The notes under the pieces were generated by a model. The model was not told the DNA's origin, did no database searches, and saw nothing but the letters and a program-made list of their open reading frames with translations. Both the position numbers and the translations under genes were made by a program. A stretch of DNA of 64,000 nt from Tubulanus polymorphus. Its lineage: Eukaryota > Animalia > Nemertea. This document shows, in pieces, positions 11,527-26,500 of the stretch. The stretch spans positions 8,030,485 through 8,094,484 of the forward strand of contig NC_134027.1 in the NCBI RefSeq assembly GCF_964204645.1, in the 5' to 3' direction. Numbering within the stretch: position 1 is the first letter of the stretch; each line of letters starts with the position of its first letter.

Positions 11527-14500
11527 GTGAGTAGAATTGTTCCTCTAAATAGTGATGTCTGCTCTGAATAATCCCCGCGGTTTATGGGTTAGTTTATAGC
11601 AGGCTGTAGTAGTAGAAACTGAGGTATTCGCAATTGGAAAGGCGTTCGACTCTATGCCTTACCGGGGTATATTACAGAACATTTCTTAATGATTGAAATG
11701 AGTGGACTCATCTTGAAACTTATTCGTAAATGAAACTTAGATGTGAATATATACCAAATGTTGGTGTATTGGTGAGGAACTTGAGTTGTCATTCAACTAG
11801 AGTTTTATCACCTTCAAACGATCTTTTAAATGCCAATAATCACTATCTAAAGTATGTGGAACGTTGGGAGATTTGCATATCGCGTACGTTGCCTAATCAA
11901 TATCTTTTCAATCGTTCACCCATTTACGGCTACTTACTTTGTGTAACTTGTCAGTAGTGATTGATACACCTGTCGGCGAGCTTCCTACCTACGGATCAAT
12001 CAACTAGAATACCTAGATGGGATTAACGCTGATGACTTTTTGATGACCGGTCGGACGTTTATTGTAGTCGTGTCATAGCAACATCCACTGCGGGCGTCAA
12101 TCAAACGTGAAAAGAATTCGAAGGCGAGAATCGAGGATAAACGAAATAACAGACGGTAATTTATTGGCGTGACTTTTGTTCTGGTCAGTTACAACAGCCA
12201 TGATATCGGCAACAACATTATCACATCAAAAAGTTAGATGCTTAGAAAAGCATAGGTTGCATTTATCGCCGGCTTGTTTATAGCTATGACTGTACCGATG
12301 TCATTTATTCTCCTTCGTGTTTGACTTCAGCGAAAATACATTAGCGACAAAAATGACTGCCCTAAGTATTGACGCTCGAATTTGCGTTGGAAATTTTTTA
12401 CTGGTTGTACCATGAATCCAATTGATTGCAGTGATTGAAATTTCATTATTACTATCATTATCATTGTTATCCATGGTAAGACATGTAATTATATTCGTAG
12501 TATGAGATTATCCCAGGAGACGGGCGAAACCAAGTTGCGTGTCACAAGACAATTACTGATAAAGCTGGGAGACGGTTATGCATGCCTTGGGTGCGCATGT
12601 AATTATTAACACATAGGCCAATGAGAGAGAATACGATGTAATATATTGAAATTCATTGAATTTCACAGTTAGTATTGACCAGCATGCTATTTCATTCGTG
12701 TTAATACGTTTTGATATAGGCCTATTGATGTGTAAAATCATAGATATATTATCTTGGCTGCAGAGATTTCAGTAGATTTCAGTAAAGGATTTTGAAATCG
12801 ATGGCGTATTTTCCTCGTATATGGTGGCATTATTCTAGTGACCCCCTTATAGGAAGGTGTTAAAAGGAATTTTTTAAGGAATGGAAGCCGACTTGACTAC
12901 CACTACTATTTGAGAGTAGTTACTATTCTTTTCACAGAGCTCGATTACTACCAAAGTTATCATAAATGCTCTCAAAATCTGAATAATTTCTAGTACGTTT
13001 TTAATTATACTACTATTTTCGATGTCAAATTGTTGTGAAAACTACTACGATGGTAGATACCAAGGTCTGTGGATTTGGGAGATGAGCTTTAAGAATGATT
13101 GATGTGTCGTCGATCTCGATCAAGATTTTGTCGCGCATTATCCGCCGGGCTGGCGACACTGGTCTCACCACCGGCAAACTATTTTATCCTTTCGCGTGAC
13201 ATATTTACGCTAGACGTGATCGAATAACAACGAGAATTTGGCCTCGTGGCACAAACCCAGAAGGAAACGACGTCTATCTCTTTAAGATCGGATCTGGCAG
13301 CATTTATTGCCAATAATGGACCCGTATTAGGTCTGAATGGGCGGCTGGTGACAAATTATAACCGTATTAATGGATATTTGTTGCCGTGGTTTTATTTTTA
13401 TCACCGTTTTATGATAATAGATGGTTGAATTTAATTATTGGTTCATGTGTTGTTAATGTCGGTGGCTATGTGTGAACAATGTGAATTATTTCGCGCGAGC
13501 CAATTTTCTGTATATTTCTCAGAATGTAAAACTGATACGTACAATGACCTTCTGTTTGATTAGATGTAGTATCATCTTTCACTTGCGTCTCCTACATTCA
13601 CTCTATTTGTATTGACTGACTGACTTTTTGTCTTGGTATATTTGGTACTGAAAAAAATGGGACAAAGGCCCTACATTTATATGTTATACTGGCAAGAAAT
13701 CTCGCATTGTTGAAAAGACCAAAATTAATTAGATATATCAACGTTTTTTTCGATTGACATATTTTGTCAAAGTAACTACCATAGTAATGATCATAAATCA
13801 TGATCAAACACGTGTTTTTGACCCAGGCCATATTTAGCCATGGCTTGGCAAAAAATGCCAGGCGCGTGCCAAATCTTAGCACAGGTCAAATTATTCCAAC
13901 TTTGACTCTAGTCAGCTCCGAGCCAGTTTGGTGTGGGCCAAATCGTGTACATATGGTCACGGCTATAGTCATTCTGTATGCTTTAGACTTATGGATAATT
14001 GACTTGCTGTCTCAGGCTGACCTTCAAATTGGGAAGGTGATAATCATCACCCTCCAGTTTGGATTTGTATTCCAATTGGCCGCTAGTTGACCCCCTGTTT
14101 TTTTCGAGTAACAAGGTGATGATTTTTCAGGCTTCATAAACACGGAAATGATGTGATTAGTGTTGATTTGATGAGGTGACATTGTCTCATTATCCGGCTA
14201 CAATCATTGTGTTGCTTGTAACGCACTCATGTCAGTGACGGAGGTTTACCCAGTACAGTGGTGGCCAGGGAAAACATTACTATATCTGATAAGATATCAT
14301 TGAGTCCTCGTTGATGGCAAGGTTTTATCTCAGGTGAACTGTGATTGCAGTAATTGTCAAGGCCGAGCTCCTGATGGTGCCCAAAAACCACAGCTTGAAT
14401 AGCTTGACCCTTGACGTTTGAATAAAGAACAGACTCTAAAGCAATATCTTTTAGAGAATCCTGGTTTATTCGAACATCAAGGCTTCGAGCAACATCGCTT

Positions 14501-17500
14501 TAGATTCCATTTACAAACTGGTTGTGGTTTGAAATGATTACTCAAGAGATCGTAGTTTATGAGTGGCTAATTGATCTACTGTGTGATTTAAAGTCAACCA
14601 TCAACCATTAAAATTCCGGAAAGCGACGATTAAACTTTGTCGAACACGGCAGCAATGACTCCCATTAACTTTGACTTCTCCGTCAAAGTTTGACTAGACC
14701 GGATTTTCACTGTCAATAGTCAATCTTTTGCGTTAAGGTCAGAAATGACTGCGGTACTGCACCTACTTCACAATCAAGACAAAATTGGCTGCCATATTAC
14801 AAGTCCATAGAGCTCATTACATTAATAGATAGCAGAACTTATTGAGCACATATGTGATTATTAATAGATGGTCAAGGACATCGTAACAAAGATCGCCTTA
14901 GCGATCTGCCTAGTGAGTGCAGTCTAGTCAAGCTCACAAGCGACCGGTATTTTTAAGGTGCTATATTGATGATCAGGTTGTCGCGATATGAATGAAGGAT
15001 TTGGTTGGCATTACCGTCTCGACGTCTGAAGTGTTTCATACTTTGACGGAAGATATGCTGCAATCCAATAGCGTTATATATCATACTTGTCGCCTCTTGT
15101 CGTCGGCGCAGAAGTAGATATCATTGTACGACCGAGGCGAATACAGGATTATCGAATATGGGTTCTATTCCGATCGGCATATTGGTCTCATCAAAGTAGT
15201 CGCGCGTAGACGGCGGAAGTTCTTAAGTCGACCATTTTCCGCCGTATGATTAGGAAGAAGCACCGAACGTGCTTAATGTAATAACGTCCTGAAAGACGCC
15301 GTGGATTTTTCTACATATCGACGAGTTGTTTGAGAGAATGAATGAAACAGCGTCGGTGCTACGTCCCTCGTTGAGCGCTATTCGACTATCGGTCAATCGA
15401 GCGATCTGAATAAGCCTCTCGGTTCGTCCTTGTCGAGTCTTTAAGCAGTTCACACTTTATCGACGTCGATTTACGACGATGATTTTTGACGGTTAATCCG
15501 CTCCTCGTCGATATAATTGAACTGTATATCATTCTGTTATCCTAATGATCGAAGTTAGCTACATTTGCGTTTTTTTTTTCTAAACTTTTCGGACAGCTCG
15601 CTCGTGTGTCTCCTCTGCGCATGGCGCATGATCGAAGCCCATCGAATCATGACTAGTCCAAGCCCGTGCGGAAGATATGATAGGTTTTACATCCCCCGAT
15701 TCCGATCGAAGTTTTCAGACATAAACAATGATAATGAAACGCTTTGCTGTATGAGTTATGTAAGTTAAATAAGCCGTGGCAGACTGGAGGATGGATTACT
15801 CGAGAGATTATCTGCCGCGATAACGGCCGTAATAAAATGAAAACGTCGGACTAAATGAGCGGTCCGGATTTACTTTGTTTCAGAGAACAGTTCATAACCA
15901 TAAACAAAGACGTAAGTTGCACAATGAGGATGATAAACTAGACGACCGCCGCGGTCGTTACGAATGTAAAATAGCGAATGAATCATTAATGTGGTTTTCT
16001 GAGCTGCAGGAAAAATATTTGATTTGCAGTCGGTGAGTTCGTGTATCATCGCGACAAATTGCGTCGAGCATGTACTCTATAAAGTGTCATGTACGTGGTA
16101 TATATATCATTTAGTCATTATTTGATTTTTTGCTTGATTCCTGTTTATTGCGAAAGAACAGTAAAGAGTATCGCCCGAGGAAACAGAAGAATCTTGCCTG
16201 ACTCAATAATTGTGACCCCTAGATGAAATCATTGTTGCGCGTCAGTGGAGGGTGTAGCCATTATGACCCCCTAGCTGGTTCATCGTCCGTAGATAAAGAC
16301 AGAATCCGTGCATGGGCCGGTTACATATAGTCGATAGTCCCTAGGCGACGATATCAGTGGTGCATAGAAAGTGTATATCCCATCTATGAGAGGAGACCTG
16401 AATCGTTAAAAATCTGCTCGCTAATTCAGCAGGTTTTGATTCGTTATTCAAGCATGCGAATGTGTTGGGGGATTTTTCATTCCAAAATATAAGCTTATAT
16501 CACCAGTGCATTTAATCGGCCATTGGATCGACTGGCGAAGTTTGTATTCTGTAAACGACGCATTTCTGCTTTTTTAATCGCAAGCCTTGAATACAGAAAT
16601 GCATGTCCTGTGAGTGCTCACAATTTGTGGAAATGTCTCCTGCGAGAATAGATATTCGGATTGGTTCCTTCTCCACGGGACTCGCGGGAATCAAGATGCA
16701 TAATTTAGGGCTCTTAACTCTCCATTCAAAACTTACTCCAGAACATGAGTGTGCGCAGATGCTGTGTTGATATTTAAAACTGGCTAGACCATCTGAACAA
16801 CATTTGCATCTAATCAGTCTTCGACCAACAAGTCCTTGGAGGTTTGATGGTTTAGAAATAGCCCCAGTCCAGACATCCACAGCCCAGTTTTAGTCAGTAT
16901 TTATCTACTTCAAAAAAAGAATTTTCTTCAGATAAATAGAGGTTATTTGTTTGTGGTTATTTCTTGTATAATGTGTGATTAAACTTTCTCATGAAACCAG
17001 GCTTCAGTCGTAGTGCATTGAATTGGAAACGCATCAATTGGTCCTACTGGAAATGAGATGGAATACGTTTCTCAAAAAATGTGTATTGAAGTATGATGAA
17101 ATATGTAAGCATGATTTTGGTTACCTACTAATCCTAGTGATCTGGTATATTGCTAAGATATCAACTGGCAATGTTTATTACATTCATCCGTCGGTATCAA
17201 TGAAAATGTGCGTTTTATAGCGATTGAAGCTGACAAATTACCTTATCTCGTCATGAGTTTATGAGCCATCTTCATCTGCCTGTTGTGTGTCTTTACTGCT
17301 CAACCGGCGAATATCATTTTTTCTTTGATTCATGAATGAGTTATGATGATGCGGCGGATTCTTCCCATAAATTGGAGGGTTGAGGTTATTCGAATCAGGC
17401 GATTTTTGCTGGAAGGCGCGCGACCTTCCGCGTGACTTTGCCATAAAGAATCACTTATCAGATCTGCAATTCTGACAGATTCTCGGCGGTCGTCGGGTAT

Positions 17501-20500
17501 GTTTTTTACGCGTGGTCGAATAGCTGATTTCCTCCGTGTCTCGCGAAGATACAATGAAATACCTGGAACCGGTTCGACGCTCTCACCTGAAATACGAACG
17601 ATTTAGGAAATTAAGCAGCCTGGGTAGGTCCGTGTATTAATTAGCAGACAGCTCTCAGAAAAAAGTCGGAGAGCAAATCTTTAGCCCCTTTTTTTACGCA
17701 CTGATCATTAAAACCTCATAAAGAGACCTGTCTATTGATATGAATGCACAGTCGTCCGTGCTTTTATATCGCATCTTCCGCGCATCTGTATGAATGTAGT
17801 TCCGCGTTTATCCACTAGATGTCATTGTTTGAACTATGTTGGAGTAACAGGAAAGTTTTGCGAGTACTCCTCAGAGTCACTACTCAAGAGTGTCGTGCGA
17901 GCATCATTGCTTTTTATGTAAACCAGTCGACTTGTTGCGCATTTTGACGACAATGACATAATTGCTGCGACTTATCATCAGGATTTTAATCAGTTCGTTA
18001 AAAAAAAATACATCAATAAAGATTAAAATCAAAGGTTAGTACGGTTAGTATGAGTATTGAATGTCCTCTCTGCGATATTGTGTTTCCTTTTCTAAAGTCT
18101 TGATGTTCCAAAAAGATCCATTTAATGTTAGTCTTATGTTTAGCCCGGTAAGTCATTTTACTTTTTTATTAAGTCAAGGAAAATCATTTTAGATACCTTC
18201 AGGTAAATGTAAATCTATTGATTATCTCTTGATCAGAAGAATGTACCCGTATGCTAAAATATAATTGGATAGAAAAGATTTTCAAAAGCTTGTTAGAAAT
18301 CAACGACTGGTAAAATTGGGAAACATATAGGAAAATGATTAAGACTGTTCGCTAACTAGATCGCGTAAAACAAGTAGGTAATGAAATCGGTGAGTGAAAT
18401 CAAAATCGATGTTCAACCAATTGGAATTATTCCTAAAGACTTTTAATTGTATACGGCGACCATAAATTCGATCCGTTGTTAACGGAATGTGAAAATCATC
18501 GTTATAAATCATTTCATCATTGACAGCCGTACCGTTCGATTATTACTTAAGCTTGTGAACCTATCTAGTAGATAAATAGCTGATCCCATTTTAGGATCTT
18601 CAGGAGATGATACATTATCCGTTTAGCGCGTTTTAAATCCTTTGTCATTGATAAATAAGTTTGCGACATCACCGTCCCGTGAGGGTAGAGAGAGCTACAA
18701 CGAATGAATAATGTAATTCGCTATATTTCGTACGTGCTTGCGTGAACGAATGCATGTAGATTTTTTACTCGCTCCTGTTTTTTTATGAGCCACTTGTTAT
18801 TTTTGTTTCTCCGATGATGGAGGAAATTTATGGATAAACTCCGAAACTGTCAGATGATGAATGTTTTAATCATCAGCTGTAGGTTTTTACTTGTTAAGCT
18901 TGAAAACCTTGATACCTTCTCCTAAACAGCCAGGTCATTTTGTAAAATGCAATGCAATTTGAAGTCAGTTCATTTCTATAGATACCGGGTGTGTTATGGT
19001 AAAATCGATCATAATTTTTTTTGAAGTAATGTACAGGGTAGGCAGCCAATCGGGTCAACTTATAAGCTAAGCAGAACAATGTTTTAGCCTTAACTCTGGA
19101 TTACTGAGATTAATATCATCAGTCAACTAGTCAAGTCACTATGATATTAGAAAAATTATGGACGATTTGATTATGCTCCCTGTTCAGTTACACTAGGCTA
19201 CACTTGGGAAGGACTTGTCTTCGCAAATTCTGTCTTATGTAAAGAGTAAAACGTTGACACGCGGCAAACAAGCCTTATCCCTCGCGGATGATTCATGTTC
19301 TTCGATGATAGGAATTCGGTAATTTTTTGACAATTCATCTTATACGTACTAAATCATTACAAGCCGGCTATTGAATAATCAATGCTGCGATCAATAGGAA
19401 TGTTGGATGAGAATAAGACCGCAAATTCGCTGACAGAAATCATTACAAAGACAGAACGGCTTTGTGACACCAGTGACATTACTTTATTTTGTTTATTTCA
19501 TTTTGTTCGGCCAATCTTCAGAATTATTCTCCATGTCAAATGTATTGCGACTGCAGGAATCCTGGTGGAGCTCCTATTTACGCATCTACAGTTCCATACT
19601 GTAGCGCCAGTTGCATCCTCTGACCATTCCTAGCTTATTCTGCTCTGCTAGATCTTTTCTCGTTTTTCATGACCATGCAAATGGACAGAAAAGAAAATTA
19701 TGAATGGTCGTTGCTGTAGGCAATAAATGACCAACAATTTGCCATTCATTCCAATTAGCTGCCATCTTCTGCCATCAACCCGAAAGGTTAATTCCCTTGA
19801 CTTAGTTATATATGCGATTGTTCCGCAATCCAAAAAAAGTTCCTCCGTCCTTTCTCCAATCTAACTTGAAGAATCTTAGAAGGTAGAATTTCTCATACAC
19901 TTAATTGAAAAGGATATCCAGTTTGCCGTAAAGGTTTTCTCTTTCATTGCAGCGATTGGCGTATTGTAAGCGCTACAGATTGGCCAGACGCGATGCAGCA
20001 CCTTGCCATCATTTCAAACTTCTTTCAACTCATCAATATTTTCAAACCTTCCGCACTGTGGAGAAATAATTCATAACAAGTTCTCCGTTTTCTCTTTGGG
20101 ACATCGGAGCATCTCGATATTCAATTCATCAGTCATCTTGGAGAACCTTGCGGCTGATCATTTCAGCGCGTAATTTGTTTTTTCCATTGCGAAATTCGGT
20201 TTGTTGTCGATTATATGAACGTTATTCTCGTTATCGACGACCTGGCTGCCGTGGCGCCACTCATCGATTCGAGTCCTGAAAGAAAATCGAATTTTTCTGC
20301 GGCGGAGATTAATTTTCGCTGCAAAATTACGTGCTTTACCACTTTGATGATGAGAAATTGATGCGAAGACGCTATGAGTTTATCCAGGTGATTATCGTAA
20401 TAATTCCCTTTGAACTCAATGTCGAATACAACTTAAAAGAGTTCAGGAGTGAGTTTGACAATTTCACCGTCAAATGCAAATAATCATTAAACGTATGTTT

Positions 20501-23500
20501 TTTACATCAATTTTTATGCATGAATAGTTCACTCGCCCTCGGTTCTTTTAGATAGACAGGGTGGTTGCTAACTTGAAAAACGTGAAAAACTCCAAGAATA
20601 AAAAAAAATCGGGGAATCTGACAAATTATACCAAAAACCTGAAAAACTAAAAAAATCCGGATAATGCTATCGACCACACGTTTCTTCATAAACATGAATT
20701 GTAACATTTTAAGCCTCGAAATTTCTCTGATTCACTCGAGAATTTTGTATATTTGCGCGGAAAAATCAGGAAGAACTGGGGTGGAGGGGATTTGTAAATG
20801 TGGCCATCCTCGATCATAAGTTGTTTATCTGCTCACTTGAATTCGATGATACAGGGTTCGACTGAAATGTACCTCGAAACAACGATTTTTTCCTTAGGGA
20901 CGAAACAAGCCACATTCGACATGTGCGGTATTATCTAATACCGAATCGTCTCGTCATATCATCATATTTTATCATCGGTACGTCAGATGTCATTTGGAAC
21001 TGCGCGGCCGGAAATCGGAGTTCATTTACTGCAAAAGACAACGTGTAACTTCATTATTCTGAGAAAAGAGAATTAGATCACTTTTAGCTTCTCACTAAAC
21101 GTGCCATTAGTGATTTAATCTTCCAACTGAATACAGGTCTCATTTTACCAATTCTCTTACTCTTGAATCCAACAGCTTCGTTCTATCTGTAAAGGCCCAC
21201 TATAAGTAAATCGTTTAATAGATCATGGGCATACAACCACTATAATGCATGTACACTGTATCCTGGAGTACTTCAAGACCACATCTACACCGCAGTGTAT
21301 CATTGGTTACTAATATTTCACTCTATTTTACAGGTGCTGCCATCTTTCAATAGAGCAAAAAATCCATCTTTCAATAAAACTAATTACTTTAAATCAATGC
21401 ACCCTGATGCGGTGTATTACCAAAGTCAGCAATAAACCATTTTACAGTTGCTAGCCGCCATTTTGTTAGGGTACTTTTGTCCCGTATTGTTGGGTCTTTT
21501 TTTTCTCTTTTTTAAAAACTATCCGTGATGTGTATTGTATCATATTTCATCTGTCCATGGATGGATTTTGACAACTTCAGCAACATTCAAACCGCGTGAA
21601 TCTCTAGTTTTCAGTTATGTTAAAATCATTTCTCAAATTTACAACAATGCGACATGAGAGCGATATAAAAATCGGTGGTCAGTTTTTGCCGTGCGCATTG
21701 GTTTTAATTGTTGGTACGAGTATCAGGTTTAAATATCACGTCGTTTATGCAATATAATAGATCGGAGACATTAGAGATGTTGGGGTTTAAGGGATTTTTC
21801 TGACCAGTTTTAGCAGCGAGACTGAGCGGCATTTTGATCACGCATTCGAAGTTGCGCGCGGGAAGAGAATATATGGGCCTATATTGAGATGGAAGAAGAA
21901 AAGAAATATAGCACTCAAAATCGAGTATGATGACCATTTAAATCAGTAGTCTATCAATAAATTTACATAAAAATCTTCTGAAATTAGATGGATGGAGAAA
22001 TGGTCAAAAAGCTGGACAAATGGGGTGGGGCAAATATTCAGCTACTTTCTATGAATACTTTCTATTAAGTACACTCAAGATTGATTAGATTGGGAAGAAA
22101 ATATAGGAAAACGTTTTCTTGTTTTGGTGGTGAAATATCAAGTATCAAGTTCGAATGTCAGACGCAGGTGATAAAAAGTAAAAAGTGACATCTACCATCA
22201 CAAAAACGCAAGAAGTGTGTGGATTGCATTTACAACAAAAGAGTGATATTTTGGGTTTTCTTGGGTGCATGTACGTAAGCCTCTGCCTGCTGTAAAAGCG
22301 ACTACCAATACAGCCATTACGAACTAGCGCCGGAGAACGGAATACAGTATTAATGCCGTAATATTTAAACCTGATACTCGTACCAACAATTAAAACCATT
22401 TTCCGTAGAGACAAGTGTAGTGAAAATGAAGAAATAACACCCATATACTGAAATACACGCAAAGAAAACAGCGCCGAATCTCGGAATGACAATACACGCG
22501 CTGCAGTTAAAGTGCCATAGGAAAAAAACTAGGCAAGATATCTTAAAATTTCAAAGTTCACCTAAAAGGGGGCGTTTATGCGCACAGTGCTTGAAATGTT
22601 TGGATTTTTTAGAAAATTATTTCTGAAAATAACGAACTTCAAAGTTCAGTACCCTGGATTTCTATGCGCACGGCAAAAACTGACCACCGATTTTTATATC
22701 GCTCTCATGTCGCATTGTTGTAAATTTGAGAAATGATTTTAACATAACTAAAAACTAGAGATTCACGCGGTTTGAATGTTGCTGAAGTTGTCAAAATCCA
22801 TCCATGGACAGATGAAATATGATACAATACACATCACAGATAGTTTTTAAAAAAGAGAAAAAAATGACCCAACAATACGGGACAAAAGTACCCTAACAAA
22901 ATGGCGGCTAGCAACTGTAAAATGGTTTATTTATACACCACACTGCAGTGTAGATGCGCTGAAAGTGCTGTTAAGTTTAATCATCGAGTCCCTGATTTGA
23001 TATATGAACATTTCACTAAGTTTAAAGACGTAATACTATCAATTGACACTTCATGAGGGGAGGGTTAATGCTCAATGCAGTGGCCGGATTTTCTGTATAA
23101 CTAGCTGAAAAAATCTTGTCTGCTGACACACACACTCGCTCTGTGTTTGATGTCTGAACTAACTGTAGAAACTTGACAGATGTGTATATTGTAGTTTGCG
23201 TAAGGGTTTTTTCCAAACGTTCATTGCGCCCTATTCATCACGCCTCAATCGGCCATGACGATACCGACTTTTTTCACGCAGACAAACAAACGGGCGCAGA
23301 TACGATCAAACACATCGGCTGCCCGTCATCCTTTTTTCGTTTCTTAACAATTTCCAGCTGCCATCGACAAATAGTAGGCCGATCTGATCGGCGTGCAAGT
23401 CCAATCCGTTCTACTTGAAATAATACTTCCGAGAATAATGTAAATAGACCATGTGAAAATCAATGAGTAGATTTTATTGTCTCGTCACGTTTAACACTTG

Positions 23501-26500
23501 ACATCAGGACCTGGACCAAACATGATCATTGTTCCGTATTTGAATACTTGTCCGGGGCTAAAATGTGTTCTTGGCTTCATCTTTAATCTAAAAAGTTGTT
23601 CCCATTATAGTTATCTGCTAAGTTAAGAACTAAAAGTACATATCCGTCTGCGAAATCTGAAAAAATTACTACCACTTTGATTTGGTTTAGATATTTTAGT
23701 GCGCAGTTTTTTAGATGTGCTTTATGAATTTCTTAGATCTTTTTCCTATTCATATTTATCGGCAGTACTTTGAACTCTGAAAATCGATGCGTTTTTTGTT
23801 GTTGTGTTTGTTTAAGAATGTGAACGACTTCTACCGTGTTTGATTAGTTTGAATTTCAAATAAACAGGAGATGTAGCTCGGCGTATCAAAGAAATCGGTT
23901 GCTTGGCTGGAAATCTTTTTATTTCTGGCAACTGCGTTAGAAATAGATTTTATTGAAGACCGGTTCTTCTTAAATAACACTTAATTAACTTAATTAGCAT
24001 TCTCAATGGTTGGCTTAATTTACATTCAGGATAATATTTTAGTAGTAATCATTTTCTTCATTCAGAATAAAAAAAGATGCAAACTACATGTAAATAGTCT
24101 CTTTTTTACGCAACGTTATAATTTGCGAGGATGGTGAAATGCGATTTTCCGCTCAGCACATTTTAAATAGCTGTAATTTGCATCGAAGGCTGTGGAACGT
24201 AGTGTCGTTCGTAAATTGTAGACGTACTGATTTCGATCTCACCGGGATACTGCGTTCGGAAGGTGTTATTTTGCAAATTGTTAGATTGCTCTTCCGTTGG
24301 TTGCTATTTTCAGGTAAACTCAGTCTTGTTCTTACGAGGAGACATTCTCATTTTATATGATGAACACGCTTTTTGAGTACCTTATCATTAGTTTTCTCTG
24401 TATGCTGGAATTTTAGGGGGGCGTAATGACATCTTGGCTGCTGAAGTAGCAAGGCTTTTGCTCTCCCCAAAGAAATACAGAAAATTTAAGCTATATTTTG
24501 GTGTAATCTTCTATTTTTCACATTAGCTTAATATATTTCAAAGTAATTATCAGCATTGAGAGAATATCAACATCCACTCTATGATAGGGGTGGCCGCCCC
24601 TCTTAAACCGCGGCCCCTCTAAAACCGCCGCCCTCTAAAACCGCCGCCCTCTAAAACCTGTTATGGTGAATACTGGGAACTGAAAGTGGAATGCAGCATG
24701 AAAAAATGTTATTCTAAACATTTCAGAAAAAGCAGCTGGATCAATTCAAAGCATGGAGTCGCTGTAGGCCTTTGTCAGCTCTGCTTATTCTAATTGCGAA
24801 ACATTTTTTCGCTAATGTCTGTGCTTCTTCCACAGATTAACTTTCAATTTTTCTGATATTTCGTGATCGGAATTTTAAACCAACTGTAATAGTTTTGAAC
24901 AAGAACGAGTGCCATGTCCAATCATCTGTTCTGACTTCTAATCAGTCGAATAGCCGGTGAGAAGATCATGCTATGTAACCCCGTTGAAGTCCCTTTGCTC
25001 AGTTCTAGTACAGCAATTTTTGTCTTACTAAAGCCTTGATCATACGAAGACAGTCTGACCCGGGTCAAGCTGGCCCATACCAGGCATGAGTGAAATTTTG
25101 CCCACATGTAAATCACTCCGTTGTTTAAACGACGATGTGGCCAGTGAGGTGTGTCACTTCCAGAACCTTCCCTTCACCAGTGCTAAAATTTAGCATAGAC
25201 ATGGTCCAACATTTTTGGTTGGGCCAAATTTTTCCCATATCAAACAGGCATGAGACCCATTTGCTACCGATGTAAACTGATACCATATGTCCAATCTGGC
25301 ATGGACCAAATGAATTTGGCTCGGGTCAAAATCGCTCATGTGGTCGCAGCTTATAGCCCTTCAGATCCTGAAAGATAGGTCCATTAAGGTACGTGACATA
25401 TAGAATGGAGCTAGATTTTATGATTATTGCCATGCTTCAAGTAATTGTCAAAAAACGCGACGACGTTCTGAAATTGCTGGTTGTATTTCTCGGTATTCGC
25501 GGCGCATTAGTGGAAATGATGTTTTTGTAGACTGGTGTGTGTGGTGTTGTTTTTTCATCCCAGCAACAAAAGCAAGGGGAGCTGATCGACGGGGAGCTGA
25601 TCGACATCGATTTGGTGTTATTAACCGCGGTGTTTTCGTCATGTGGGTCTAATGACGATTTGACAGTCGATGCGGCTAATGATAAATTGTTTCCTTTCAA
25701 TTGTTACATCTAAATGACGTAGGCATGATACCTGAACACGGGCAATTACCTACGAAATGATCGATCGCGTAGGAGATTTTTTTCGCCGCTAATTTCATTT
25801 CCAAGACCGCCAGTTGCATAATTCTGAATTTCATAAACGGAAAACTTAACTGAACCTCTTAGTCATGGCTTTGCGGAGATTGAAATTTGTTTGCTTTTCC
25901 TATTTCAAAGGACAGAACTATTCAATTAGTTGTGAGTGTGCTAGGTAAGGTTTACTCATGGACTTATGGTTTACTGAAGCACTTTAGGGTTGAATGCCAT
26001 CAAATTTGTAATCGCTGAATATGCAAAAACAAAGTATCCTATCTACATTCAAATCAATACATCAAAACTAAAGCCAGTTGAGATATTATTCAGAGTAAAA
26101 CAACAAACTATCAGGGGCCACACAACTTAAGATCAGTCTCAATATTTAAGACCAGTTTTTGACTTATGTCACGACTGTGGCCAGGAGCCAGTTGCTCAAA
26201 AATTGGTTAAAGATAACCGGCGGATAAATACCATAGTAACAATGCAATTTCGATTGTCACTATGTCAACTATCGACTGGTTAACTCTTAACGAACCTAGA
26301 GCCACTAGAGCCAGATAGAAAAATAATTCTTGGTGAATGCTGTATATAAGTAAAGTCCTGCTAATTGAATTGATGAGTAAACCGTAATCTTAAAAGGGGG
26401 GTAAGCTTCGTCAAGAATTGAAGCAAAACGTTGTGCACTCTAGGAAAGTTGGTATCCGTCTTACATGGACTACAACAAAGATTTTAACTGAATACGAACT

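Noticed and set aside
11600-11660. GTTCGA B-box-like motif (also at 17571, 20856, 60944)
   Set aside because: No cloverleaf or properly spaced A box; no tRNA gene supported anywhere in the window.
14255-14410. SINE-like or ribozyme-like segment containing GTCCTCGT
   Set aside because: Could not build P1/P2 or find a Pol III head; left unassigned.
16512-16880. 122-aa minus ORF with ILAGD, reminiscent of LINE endonuclease GDFN
   Set aside because: Only one weak motif; other catalytic motifs not found.
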